Source: the human T2T-CHM13v2.0 reference genome, Homo sapiens
Direction: 5' to 3' (one strand)
DNA length: 64,000 nucleotides
Assembly: GCF_009914755.1 (NCBI RefSeq)
Contig: NC_060932.1
How positions within the stretch are numbered: position 1 is the first letter of the stretch; each line of letters starts with the position of its first letter. This document shows positions 39,198-53,010 of the stretch, piece by piece. The notes below the pieces were generated by a model. That model was not told where the DNA came from. It was given only the letters and a program-made list of their open reading frames with translations, and did no database searches. A program made the position numbers and the translations under genes.

Positions 39198-40758
39198 GGC
39201 TTATTTTCTATCTAGACTTGCACCCCAACGGACTGCACACTCAGAAGCATCTTTAGGCATTCAGGTTGTTAGGCAATTGGGTGCCTGCCCTGTGCCAGGT
39301 ACTAGGCTGGGAGGCCTGTGCCCGCCAGGAGCGCCTGGCCAACTCTAGTTACCCACCCCCCGGGGGCACCAAGCCTCTGTCCTGAAGGAAACAGCTCCCC
39401 ACAGAGATCAGACTCCTCCAGTCGTGCTCCTTTTGTTTCTCCTCTAAGCTCCTTGGCAGCTGAGGATGGGAGGAGAGAGCCAGATAAAATCAAAAAGGAA
39501 TCCATGCGATTTAACCAGGTGCCTGGAGAGCTTCTGGGAAACTCCCAGGGGCATGGAACCACCCAGAAGGTAATAAATAATAGTGACAGAAACCAGCGCC
39601 GAATGTCTCCCCTTTCATCTTCTGTTTCCTCCATAGGGTCTTGGCGCCTGGGTTCAACGCTGACTTGGGAGTTTTGTTCTACTGTTTGACTGTGCCTCGG
39701 TATGAAAACAAAAGCTTTAACTTCCTCTGACTGCACGGCGACCCTGGGTCCGGCGACACTGGGAGGACCGAGGAGAGACTCCCCAGGGGCAGGGTCCTGC
39801 TCATCCCCACTCCCTCCCACCCTAGCAGGTCTCTGTCTGGGGAATCATGGCACCCTGATCTATGCTCAAGTTCAAGTGGAGAACTTGGAAGGTGACAAGC
39901 CAGGCTTCATATCTTGTTAAACCCACATGTGCATGCGCGAACACACACACACACACACACACACGTGCACACACAGCCACACACACCCCTCTCACTGTAA
40001 ATACAGGATTCAGCCTATAAAAGAAACAATGAGAGCTGGATTCAATGAGGTTCCCCCAGCAAATGGAGTGTTTAGGGTTTTGTTGGAACTCTATTGTGTA
40101 GACCAGAGTTCCTTAATACAGTGAGACAGTGAGCAGCTTCCTGTTATGGAAACAGTCAAACCCTGACATTCAGCAAGTCAATCTATAGAGCAACTGGATA
40201 AACAACCAAGATAATCATCAGCCATCATCGGCACAATAGCCAAAATGGCATTGCTTGGGGACAAGGGGCTGGCTCAGACCCAAACAATTCAGATGAATAC
40301 AAGCCATCTCCTGGCCAACAGGACCATTCATTGTGCCCGGGATTGTGCACGCCGCCCTGTATGCCGGGCCGGGAGTGTGCATGCCCAGATCCAGATGCTG
40401 TTTATAGGTCTGCTCCCCGGGAGCCGTGTGTCTGGCTCTCTGGGTGACCTTCTGAAGGCCTGTGTAGGGCACTGGGTCGGGACAGGTGTCCCATCTTTGC
40501 CAGCACTGACATTGGAGACAAGACTCTAGATCCCGTCAGCTGTGGGGTAAAAGCTTGGCCAAGCCAGGCCTTGAATGCAGTTCTTAGCTTCCCCGCCTGC
40601 AGAAGGAGCTTAACGATGTGTCCAACTCTTCTGCTTTCTTTCCTCTGAGGGCTGCACACGTAGCTGCGCCTTTGACTAGAGAAGAAGGGACGGCCGGGGA
40701 GGCTTTATTTTAGGAAGTGTCTGAACTCTGGACTTGGCCCTTTCACAGTTGCTAGGCT

Positions 40759-41311
40759 TGTTACTGGAAAGGGGTCTGGATCCAGACCCCAAGAGAGGGT
40801 TCTTGGATCTCATGCAAGAAAGAATTCAGGGCAAGTCCACACAGTGAAGTGAAAGCAAGTTGATTAAGAAAGTAAAGGAATGAAAGAATGGCTACTCCAT
40901 AGACAGAGCAGCCCCCAGGACTTCTGGTTGCCCATTTTATGGTTATTTCTTGATGATATGCTAAACAAGGGGTGGATTATTCATGCCTCCCTTTTTTAGA
41001 CCATGTAGGGTAACTTCCCAATGTTGCCATGGCATTTGTAAACTCTCATGGAGCTGGTGGGAGTGTAGCAGTGAGGACGACCACAGGTCGCTCTCGTGGC
41101 CATCTTGGTTTTGGTGGGTTTTGGCCCACTCCTCCACTGCAAACTGTCTTATCAGCAAGGTCTTTGTGACCTGTATCTTGTGCCAACCGCCTATCTCATC
41201 CTGTGACTAAGAATGCCTTAACCTCCTGGGAATGCAGCCCGGTAGGTCTCAGCCTCATTTTACCCAGCCTCTATTCAAGATGGAGTTGCTCTGGTTCAAA
41301 TGCCTGTGACA
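40759..41311 (-). mobile_element. MER41A solo LTR (ERV1)
   Basis: TG...CA ends, 553 bp, 4-bp TSD ggct. The reverse complement begins tgtcacaggcatttgaaccagagcaactccatcttgaatag, as in the MER41 consensus. Confidence 0.85.
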
Positions 41312-41959
41312 GGCTGAACGCAGTGAGACGCTGTCTGACACTGAGAGAGTCCTGGTCCCTGATAAGTCCTTACTCAACTCATGTCCAGCTGGTTATCCTG
41401 CCCTTGACATCTGATTCACACCGAGAATGACACAAGCCCTCTACCTCAGTGGCATCACCGATCACCCATGTGTTCTGGCCTGGAGGGTCCAAGAAGGTCT
41501 TACAACCCTCTAATCTTTTCTGTAGCTACCAACGTCTGTCTGAAAGCAAGTGGCCAGCATTTGACTCTTTGGGTTACCAAAGGTTGGCGTGCATTGCAAG
41601 TTGGGGCATAGTGTCAGGAAAGCCCTGTTGGGGTGGACGTAAGCCTGTGAGGGAGATGTAGGGCCTCACTCTCTTTGTTTGGGAAAACAGAGCAGGTGTC
41701 AGACAGGGCCTGGGGAGTCAGAGGGCCTGGATAGGACACTGTAGGGGCAGGAGGGACAGAGGAGGCTGGCCTGGGGTCTGGGGAACTCTTGGAATTATTC
41801 AGGGGACAGAGGGGAGAATCAATCCGTGAGTGCTTGTCTGTAACATTAAATTCTGAAATCTAACACAAAAGAGTGGACTAATATATTTTTTTTCCAGGTA
41901 TAAACACTACTTTACTCAGTCTCTATTTTTCTTCTACACATGATGGATGCCATTCCAAT

Positions 41960-42190
41960 TATGAAACAAACAAAACTGTCAATATATAAGGCAATCAACA
42001 GAACCAGACTCAGAGATGGTCCAGATATTGCAGCTATTATACAGCAACTTTAAACATAACTATAATTACTATATTAAAAGATATACCAGAAAAGATAAGC
42101 AACATATATGACAGTGAATTTCAGCAGAGAGAAAGTACAAAAAGGAGTTAAATAAAATGCTCGAAATACAAACAAATCAGATACAAAGGA
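41960..42190 (+). mobile_element. Old L1 fragment (5'/ORF1-like)
   Basis: A-rich: caatcaacagaaccagactcagagatggtccagatattg...aactttaaa...aactataatt. Confidence 0.45.
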
Positions 42191-42819
42191 TTAGTATTAG
42201 AAGCCCATGGATCCCTATCCAAAATTTAGTTCAGATGGGAGTGGACTAATAATACTTTATTTTGAGTGCTCAAGGGGCAGGGATTCACTTTTCAGAGCTA
42301 GTATTGCATCTCAGAGACTACTCCAGGCTAAAGGCTGAGGCTCAGAGGGAGGGTGTGCCTTGGCCGTGGTCACAGCATGAGTGTGACGGGTCAGAGGTGG
42401 GAGCCTGGACTTTCCCAGTCTGGCCTTCCTCCCTACACACCTCACAGCTCCCACCCCGCAGAGCCTGAGATGGCAGCAGATGTCCTGAGAGCTTCCCAGC
42501 TTCTCAACCCCAGAAAGAGGCCTGACCCAGCGCCCTGCTCAGGGAGTACTTGCATTCATCGTTCCCCGAATCCCCAGCCTACCTGCCTCCTAGGAGCTCA
42601 CAGCACAGGGCCTCCCCGGCAACCTCTCAGCAGGGAGGAGGAAAGCAGGCTTGCTGGGTGCAGCACCCTTTCATCCCTGCCTGAGAACTAGGCTTCACCC
42701 GGGCCAGGAGAAGCCCGTGACCAGCCACCGGACCTCACCTGGGGCCACTCTGCCTTCCCTGACGTCCAAGGAGAGGAGGGAGACAATGGTGAATGCTAGC
42801 AAGGACGACACACACACAA

Positions 42820-43650
<831 letters not shown>

Positions 43651-44312
43651 GTGCTTCTCCACGCCCTAGAACACTTTGGGGGTGCAGGCAGTCCCCCCCG
43701 GGAAAGACCTCGGTATTAACTGATAACATCAGCTCCCACTTGCCAAGTGCTAACTGCCTCGGAGCCCTCTGCTAACTCTAAGCACATTGCCCCACCTAAT
43801 CCTCGCCCCCACCTCTCACATTAGGTCTCGTTATTTCCGCTTTCAGAGGAAGATGCGGTGCTTAGAAAGGCCGCCGGAGCTCAGCATTTTCCCCACACTT
43901 CTGCCTCACAACCATGTGAGGTGTTATTTCTACAGGATGGTTGGCAAAATTGGGATTCAAAAATCTTCAGCCACTGGCCCTTGCATGTGGTGGAGCTGGG
44001 ATGAAAGTCCAGACCTGGGGACGTTGCTCCCTGGGTCCACTCTGTTGCTACTGGCAGGGTGGAGGGAAGGCTCACCATGGGAGCCCTGCAATGGCCTGCG
44101 GGCACTCCCATTGCTTCACTGAGTGGAGGAAAGGAGGTGAGGAGCTTGTCATTGCTTTCAAGGGACAATGAGGCACATCACATATGATGCATGAGACAAT
44201 TAACTAGGGGGTCCCAAGACCTGGGAAGAGGTCTTGCTTCTGTTACTAGCTGTGTGTCATGGGCAAATAACTTAACCTCTCTTAGCCTCCTTTTCCTTTA
44301 ACTCTAATTTGG

Positions 44313-44719
44313 TGTATTAGGCCATTCTTGCGTTGCTCTAAAGAAGTTTGGGAGGCTGGATAATTTATAAGAGGTTTAATTGGCTCACGGTTCTGCAGGC
44401 TGTACAGGACGCACAGTGGCATCTGCTTCTGGGGCAGCTTCAGGAAGCTTCCGGTCATGGTGGAAGGCAAAGGGGGAGCAGGTATGTTACATGGTGAGGG
44501 CGGGAGCAAGAGCAAGGGAGGGGGTGCCATACACTTTTAAATGACCAGATCTCATGTGAACTCAGAGCCAGAGCTGACTTATCACCAAGGGGATGGCCTG
44601 AGCCGTTCATGGGCGATCTATCTCATCATGCAAACACCTCCCATCAGGCCCGACCTCCAGCACTGGAGACTACAATTCAACCTGAGATTTGGGCAGGGAC
44701 ACACATTCAAACTATATTA
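44313..44719 (-). mobile_element. MST (MaLR) solo LTR
   Basis: tgtattaggccattcttgcgttgct...tttaattggctcacggttctgcaggctgtacagg...gagatttgggcagggacacacattcaaactata. Confidence 0.8.
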
Positions 44720-46599
44720 CTTTCTTCCCGGCAAGAAGCAGAGCGGGAAATGGTGAGCAAGTAACAATCAAGATGCTTGCAGATAGTGATAATGTGATAA
44801 CTGATATGGAGGAGAGGAACAGATTTGGTAGGGGGATGGGAGAGAGAGAGGGAGGGGATCGCATCAGCCTGTCCCTGCTGAATCTGTCCCTCACCCCCAC
44901 TCCCGCCAAGCTGGAGCCAGGACTGACCTTTCTCCCCTGTGCCTGAGTCATGGGTGATTTGCCTCCTCTTGTACCCTGGGCATGAAAATCTCCATCCTAT
45001 GTTTCTTCCACCTGCCTCCCCCTTTCCCTGCCCGGAAGGCATGAAAGCAGTGGCCTTGCTGGTGGTCATATTCCAGTTCTCCTTCCAAGGGGATTCCTTT
45101 GCTACTGGGATAGAATTTTCAGCTCTGTGGACAGTTGTTTAGTGGCTGGCTCACTTACCTCACAGCCCTGGCTGTGACCGCAAGCAAAGTCCAGAAACCA
45201 GGTGCAAAACCACATCTGCATCAACACAAGGAAACGCCAGGCAGCCAGTTCTCCCCACCTCCCATTCCATACCCTCCCCCAAAATATGAAGATTAGAAAG
45301 CCATCTACAGCCAACACAGCGTACCCAAAGTGTGAATTCTAGGCCATGGGGAGCCTGGGAGGGATGGGGGGTGGGGCTGTCCTGGTTTGCACCTTTGGAA
45401 CATTCTGGAAAGTAAGACTCAGAGCTCAACTTGGAAATTGCAAAAGTGTGAGGGGTGTGGTTCGGCAGTGGAATCGGTGGGGAGGTGCTGACCTGGGGAT
45501 AGAAGGTGCGCTGGGCCCAGTGGGGGGCCGGGTGGGGGAAGGCTGGGTTGCTGCTATGGGATCTGCTGTTTCAGAGCAGGGTCTTGACCTGGAAGATGGC
45601 TGGGGTTTGCACAGCTGGAGCAGACGAGGAGAACCTTCTCCCAGGGGTGGCACCTGCCTCCTGCTCTCAGTTCTCTCTTCTTCCAGGTAAGAAGATGGTA
45701 TTGTAGTAGCCTCCACTGGGTGGACTTCTGGAAGGCGCAAGCGGCCCCTGAAGGGCCCTGGAGCCATTTTAGAATCGCTCATAATAAAACTGGATGGAAA
45801 CACAACAGAGTATGTAATTGAGTTCCTCGACTTCACAGATGAGGAGACCGAGGGCCGTTCAACTAAGATCACGCGGGTAGAAAGTGGCTGTCTTGTGGCT
45901 GTCCCGTGATTCAACATAGATTTTTGGCATCTAGTTTGGTGGCTTTTTTTTCTACCACACTTCTCATCTGCCTTACGCCCGGCAGCCCTGAGCCTGACAC
46001 GCCTACAGACTGAAGGATGGAGGAGAGACAGGCTTGCATCCTGCAGAGTCTAGCAGAGGCCCTGGGTCACTTTGCTTCCCAGAGGCACATCCGATTTCCC
46101 ATACTTGTTGTAAGAGAAACTAAAGTCGTCCAGTTCCAGTGGTGCTTCAGAGCCCAACAGACTCCCCCAGCGTGGCCAATATTCAGCTGGCCTGGGATCT
46201 TCTGGGCGGTGCCACTGTGCTAGGCTGCAGACCTGACTTTTTGGCCGAAAAGACAAAAGATGGTCTCTTCCACTCATTAGTTATGAGAGTTCTGACAACC
46301 CATGTAACTTCTATGAGCCCCCGTGTTCTTATCTGTACAATAATCTATACTCTTCTTACATCAATTAGTCGCTAGAACAAAAATAAAATGTCTGCTATGA
46401 AAAGTCCATAGCTCCGCATTCAGCCTGAACTGTTTATCTGTGTCTCCTCCTCCTGATCATGGCCTGGGGGAGCTGAACATGTGCATTATCTTGGATGTCA
46501 TTACTCATAACTCTAATTAGTGATTACCAAAGGCCTCAGGGGACTAATAAGAATACCCATCAGATACTTGGACTGCCCAGAGTTGGAACTTGTATTCCC

Positions 46600-46815
46600 A
46601 ACAACTTCCTCTTTTTGAACCAGCCTTATATACCTGGGATAAATTCCACTTGGTCTAGGTATATAATTCTTTTTGTCCAGTGTTGGATTTGATTTTCTGA
46701 TATTTAATTAAGGATTTTTGCATCTATGTCCATGCAAATATTGGTCTGTAGTTTTCTTTTGTTTTGTAGTATCTGTCTGGTTTTGGTATTACGGTAACAC
46801 TGATCTCATAGAATG
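46600..46815 (-). mobile_element. Old L1 ORF2-region fragment
   Basis: gaaccagccttatatacctgggataaattccacttggtc...tgttggatttgattt...aggatttttgcatctatg. Confidence 0.65.
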
Positions 46816-47061
46816 CACCCAGGCTGGAGTGCAGTGGTATGATCTTGGCTCACTGCAACCCCCGCCTCCCAGGTTCAAGCAAATCTCCTGCCTCAACCTC
46901 CCAAGTAGCTGGAATTAAAGGCTCGTGCCACCATGCCTGGCTAATTTTTGTATTTTTTGTAGAGAAAGGGTTTTGTCATGTTGGCCAGGCTGGTCTTGAA
47001 CTCCTGGCCTCAAGTGACCCGCCCACCTTGGCCTATAGGCATGAGCCACTGCACCCGGCCT
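46816..47061 (-). mobile_element. Partial Alu (no tail, small internal deletion)
   Basis: cacccaggctggagtgcagtgg...ggcctataggcatgagccactgcacccggcc. Confidence 0.85.
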
Positions 47062-47439
47062 CAGAACAGTTTCAGTGAGAGAATTGCTCTGCTCCCAGTA
47101 GTTTCTGTAAATACTGATTTCTTGACTTACAAACCTCTCCTGTAGGTGGAACCCAGAGAAGCTGGGCATGGAGGTGGTTATATTTAGGGCTCACAACTGG
47201 AGGTTCTACCACCAGCCCTGGCGATGCTACAACAGCTGGATCAGCACAGTGATCCTTGTAGAGGTATGCCTCCCAGACACTGCAGGCTCTGTTCCAGGCT
47301 CTGTTCCAGGCAGAGGCACGCCTCAGAGACACTGCAGGCTCCATTCCAGACCATGGCAATAAAGTGACTACCGAGCTAAAGCTACTCACACTAATTTTTG
47401 GTTTGTTTGTTTCCCAGCACATATAAAAGTTATGTTTCC

Positions 47440-47741
<302 letters not shown>

Positions 47742-47803
47742 GTTATGTTCCATTGTAGTCTGTTAAGTGTGCAATAGTGTGCCACAAAAAGCCATGCATA
47801 TAC

Positions 47804-48197
47804 TTTCATGTGCGTCCGTGTGAAGAGACCACCAAACAGGCTTTGTGTGAGCAATAAAGCTGTTTATTTCACCTGGGTGCAGGTGGGCTGAGTCCGAAAA
47901 GAGAGTCAGCGAAGGGAGGTAGGGGTGGGGCCGTTTTATAGGATTTGGGTAGGTAAAGGAAAAAGGGGGGTTGTTCTCTGGCAGGCAGGAGTGGGGGTCA
48001 CAAGGTACTCAGTGTGGGAGCTTTTGAGCCAGGAGAAGGAATTTCACAAGACAATGTCATCAGTTTAGGCAGGAACAGGCCATTTTTACTTCTTTTGTGG
48101 TGGAATGTCAACAGTTAAGGCAGGAACCGGCCATCTGGATGTGTACATGCAGGTCACAGGGGATATGATGGCTTAGCTTGGGCTCAGAGGCCTGACA
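47804..48197 (-). mobile_element. HERV-H 3' LTR (LTR7), 394 bp
   Basis: Minus strand reads tgtcaggcctctgagcccaagctaagccatc...gcacatgaaa, directly after the PPT. Confidence 0.93.
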
Positions 48198-49517
48198 TTC
48201 CTGTCTTCTTATATTAATAAGAAAAATAAAACGAAATAGTGGTAAAGTGTTGGGGTGGCGAAAATTTTGGGGGGTGATAGGGAGAGATAACGGGCGATGT
48301 TTCTCAGGGCTGCTTCGAGCGGGATTAGGGGCGGCGTGGGAACCTACAGTCGGAGAGATAAGCTGAAGGAAGGTTTTGTGGTAAGGGGTGATATTGTGGG
48401 ACTGTTAGAAGAAACATTTGTCATTTAGAATTATTGATGATGGCCTGGATACAGTTTTGGATGAATTGAGAAACTAAATGGAATAAGAGAAGGAGAAAAA
48501 CAGGTATTAAAGGACTAAGAATTGGGAGGACCTAGGACATCTAACTAGAGAGTGCCTAAGGAGGTTCAGCATAGCCTTGCCGGAAAAGATTATTTATTTA
48601 CTTTAAGAGTTAAGAGTGGAGGTTTGAGGGTAGCACCAGGAGATAACAGCTGCGATGGCTTGGAGAAACAGTGTAAACCGGCAGTGTAAACAAGAGCAGG
48701 GCGTGTATGAGTAGTTGAGAATGGTGAATAGGAGTATGGCTAGACAGAAGACAATAGGGATGACAAGTTTTTTGGGGCATAGTCCAAGTTGGTCTGTTGT
48801 CTGGAATGAGACTGGGGCCTAATAAAAAGGAGCATCTATAGGGGAGCTTAAATGGGCTGTACTTTGTAGCATTCTGAAGACAGGCCTGAATTCTGAGAAG
48901 GGAAAGTGGTAAAAGTATTGTCTATTCTTTTTTAAGTTGGTGGCTGAGGTGGGTGAGGTGTGTTTTTAAAAGACCTTTAGTCTGTTCTACTTTTCCTGAA
49001 GACTGAGGACTGTAAGGGATATAAAGGTTTCACTGAATACTAAGAGCCTGAAAAACTGCTGGGCTGATTGACTAATAAAGGCTGGTCTGTTATCAGACTA
49101 TATAGAGGTGGGAAGGCTAAACTGAGGAATTATGTCTGATAGAAGGGAAGAAATGACTGCGGTGGCCTTCTCAGATCCTATAGGAAAGGCCTCTACGTAT
49201 CTAGTGAACGTGTCTACTTAGACTAAGAGGTATTTTAGTTTTTGTGACGCGGGGCACGTTGAGTAAAGCTAATTTGCCAGTCCTGGGTGGGGGCAAATCT
49301 CTGAGCTTGATGTGTAGGGAAGGGAGGGGGCCTGAAGAATCCCTGAGGAGTAGTAGAATAGCAGATGGAACACTGAGAAGTTATTTCCTAGAGGATAGAT
49401 TTCCAAGATGGAAAGGAAATGAGAGGTTCTAAGAGGCGGGCTAGTGGCTTATACTATAGCATAGCCTGCATTTGCTGGTGTGTGGCGATTAGGCTTGGTG
49501 GAACTGCCATCAATAAA

Positions 49518-50861
49518 CTAAGTGTGGTCAGGGTGAGAAACAGGGAAGGAAATATGGGGAAATGGGGTGAACGTCAGGTGGATCAGAGAGACGCAGTCAT
49601 GAGGGTCAGGTGTGGTATCAGGAATAATGTGGGAGGCCGGATTGAAGTACTGGCCGGGAACAATGGTAATTGTGGGAGACTCAACAAAGAGTGAGTACAG
49701 CTGAAGGAGCGAGGGAGCAGACAGTATATGCATCAGGTGTTTGGAAGAAAATAGATTTTGGAAATTATGAGAGCTGTAGAGAGTGAGTTGAGCACAGTTT
49801 GTGATTTTAACGGCCTCTAAAAGTATTATGGAGGCAGCAGCTGCTGCACGGAGACATGATGGCCAGCCTAAAACAGTAACGTCAAGTTGTTTGGACAAAA
49901 AGGCTACAGGACGCGATCCTGATCCTTGTGTAAGAATTCTGACTGCACAGCCCTGCACTTCACCTGTATGTAATGAAAAGGGTTGGGATGAGTCAGGGAG
50001 AGCTAGAGTGGGGGCAGTCTCTAAAGCTGTCTTCAAGGAATGGAAAGAGGAGTGGGGAAAAGATTTAGGATCTATGGGGTCAGCTAGGTTTCCTTTTGTG
50101 AGTTTATATAATGGTTTTGTTAGGATGGCAAAACCAGGTATCTAAAGGCGAAAGTATCCAACTATGCCCAGGAAGGAAAGGAGTTGTTGTTTTGTAGAAG
50201 GGATTGGGGTTTGGGAGATTAGTCAGACACGATCGGCAGGGAGAGCACGTGTGTTTTTATGAAGAACTATGCCAAAGTCGGTAATGGTTGGAGAAGAAAT
50301 TTGAGCTTTGGAGGGGGATACCTGATATTCTTTGGAAAATAAATGCTGAAGGAGCAGAAGTGTGTCTTGTTGAGACGATTCAAAGGAGGGTCTACAAAGA
50401 AGAAGGTCATCAATATATTGAATAAGGTGAGAAGCGGAGGAGTGGAAAGAAAGTAAATCATGGGAAAGAGCTTGGCTGAAGTAATGAGGGCTGTCCCTGA
50501 AACCTTGCGGCAGTACAGCCCAGGTAAGCTGCTGGGACTGATGGGTGTCAGGGTCAGTGCAGGTGAAAGCAAAGAGAGGCTGGGACGAGGGGTGCAGAGG
50601 AATAGTAAAGAAAGCATGTTTGAGATCCAGAACAGAATAATGGATTGTGGAGGGAGGTATTGAGCATAGGAGAGTATATGGGTTTGGCACCATGGGGTGG
50701 ATAGGCAAAACAATTTGGTTGATAAGGCATACATCCTGAACTAACTTGCAAGGCTTGTCTGGTTTTAGGACAGGTAAAATGGGGGAATTGTAAGGAGAGT
50801 TTATCGGCTTTGAAAGGCCATGGTGTAGCAGGCGAGTGATAACAGGCTTTAATCCTTTCAA
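49518..50861 (-). pseudogene. HERV-H pol remnant (RT and connection region, disrupted)
   Basis: SPYNSPILPV, VLDLKHAFF, LPQGFRDSP and YIDDLLL RT motifs. ALETAPTLALPDSSQPF...RPVAFLSKQLD. Split into separate ORFs by stops or frameshifts. Confidence 0.92.
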
Positions 50862-51135
50862 AGCATGCTGTGGGATGGGATATTGGCATTGAGCGGGGTA
50901 AGGGTGATTAGGTTTAATGAGATGGTAAGGGGTGCATGATCGGTCGCCAAGGAGGGAGTAGAGGTGTCTTCTACTTGTGGATTAAGGTGGGGGAATAGAA
51001 GAGGACGCAAAGGAGGTTTTGGATTGGGAAGAAGGGCGGCAATGAGATGTAGCTGTAGTCCAGGAACAGTCAGGGAAGCAGATAATTTAGTTAAAGTGTC
51101 TCGGCCTAATAAGGGAACTGGGCAGGTGGGGATAA

Positions 51136-51324
51136 CTAAAAGGAGTGCTTAAAAGAGTATTGTCTAAGTTGGCGCCAGAATTGGGGAGTTTTAAGAGGTT
51201 TAGAAGCCTGGCTGTCAATACTTACAACAGTTACGGAGCCAAGGGAAACAGGCCTTTGAAAAGAAGGTAATGTGGAGTGGGTAGCCTCTGTATTGATTAA
51301 GAAGAGGACGGACTTATTTTCCAC
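51136..51324 (-). pseudogene. HERV-H protease remnant
   Basis: FLINTEATHSTLP is a degenerate form of the aspartyl protease DTGA motif. Confidence 0.75.
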
Positions 51325-51498
51325 TGTGAGAGTTACTTAAAGCTCGGCATCCGTGATTGTCTACGGGACTTCCGAGGCGATCGTGCAGCGTCAGTCTTCA
51401 GCCACTAAGCCGAGAAGATCTGGGAAGGAGTCAGTCAGACAGCCTTGGGCCAGAGTTCCAGGGGCTGTGGGAGTGGCTGCCAGGTGAGTTGAACAGTC

Positions 51499-51720
51499 CT
51501 ATTTCCAGTGGGGTCCTGCATAGATGGGACACGGCTTAGGAGGAATCCTAGGCTGCGGGCATTCCTTGGCCTGGTGGCCAGATTTCTGGCACTTGTAGCA
51601 AGCTCCTGGGGAAGGTGGTTCTGGAGGAATGCCTGGACACTGCGGTTTAGGCGTTTGGAAGTCCTCGTGTGCTGGAGATGTGGCTGGGGTTTGTCTCACA
51701 GTGGAGGCAAGGAATTGCAA
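51499..51720 (-). pseudogene. HERV-H gag nucleocapsid remnant
   Basis: CCHC zinc knuckle CYKCQKSGHQAKEC, followed by a degenerate second knuckle. Confidence 0.85.
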
Positions 51721-52717
51721 CTCAGAAATATGCTGCTACTTGGCTGCCTCTATTATTGTACACCTTGAAGGCGAGGTTAATTAAGTCCTGTTGTGGGGTT
51801 TGAGGGCCGGAATTTAATTTTTGGAGTTTTATTTAATGTCGGGAGCAGATTGGGTAATAAAACGTATATTGAGAATAAGACGGCCTTTTGACCTCTTAGG
51901 GTCTAGGGCTGTAAAGCGTCTCAGGGGTGCTGCCAAACGAGCCATGAACGGGGATGGATTTTTATATTTGATGAAAAAGAGCCTAAACACTATCTGATTT
52001 GGGATAAAGAAAAAAGAGCATTAACCTTGACTGTGGCTTTGGCTCCAGCCACCTTTTTAGGAGGAAATTGCTGGGCAGGTGGGGGAGGGCTAGTCACGGA
52101 ATGAAACTGTAAGCCGGACTGGATGTGTGGAGGGGAGGTGATAAAAGGATTATAGGGTGGAGGAGCGGAGGCTGAGGAAGAATTGGGACCTAGCTCGGCC
52201 TGGCAAGGAGGGGAGAGGTCAGATGGGTCTGTAGAAAAGGAAGATTAGAAAGACTTAGCGATGCTTGGGGTTGGGACTGAGGGGACAGGTGGGAGGGAAA
52301 GAAGGAAGATTTGGGAAGAGTTGCATGGGGAACAGAGACTAGGTAGCGACTGATGTGTAAAAGAATGCCTGAACGTCAAGCACTCCAGACCATTTGTCCA
52401 TTTTACAGCAAGCATTATTTAGATCTTGTAGGATGGAAAAAATGGAAGTGCTGTTTTTTGGCTATTTGGAACTACTGTCGAGTTTGTATTGGGGTCAAGC
52501 GGCATTGTAGAAGAAAATAAGGCATTTAGGTTTTAGGTCACGTGTGAGTTGAAGAGGTTTTAAGTTCTTGAGAACACAGGCTAAGGGAGAAGAAGGAGGA
52601 ATGGAGGATGGAAGATTGCCTATAGTGAAGGAAGCAAGCCCAGACAAAAGAGAGAGTAGAGACACGGAGGGAAGGGGTTCAGGGGTTCTTACCCTCCAGA
52701 AAAGTGGGAAAGGGGTC

Positions 52718-53010
52718 GGGGTGTGGAAATAAGGGGTTGGGGTGCAGAGATAAGACGTCAGGGTGCAGAAATAAGGGATGAGGGTGCAGAGATAAGAGGT
52801 CGGGGCGTGGAAATAAAGGATCAGGGTGCAGAGATAAGAGGTCGGGGCGTGGAAATAAGGGATTAATAAGGGATTAGGGCACAGAGCTAAGAGGTCGGGG
52901 CGTGGAAATAAGGGATCGGGGTGCAGAGATAAGAGGTCAGGGTGCGGAAATAAGGGATTGGGGTGCAGAGATAAGAGGTTGGTTGGGGCACGGAAATAAG
53001 GGATTGGGGT
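52718..53010. repeat. ~42-bp tandem repeat (about 6.5 copies) in the HERV-H pre-gag leader
   Basis: Unit ggggcgtggaaataagggatcagggtgcagagataagaggtc. Confidence 0.85.

Noticed and set aside
48200-51800. Replication-competent or env-coding HERV-H
   Set aside because: gag, pro and pol are fragmented, the protease catalytic motif is degenerate, and there is no env ORF
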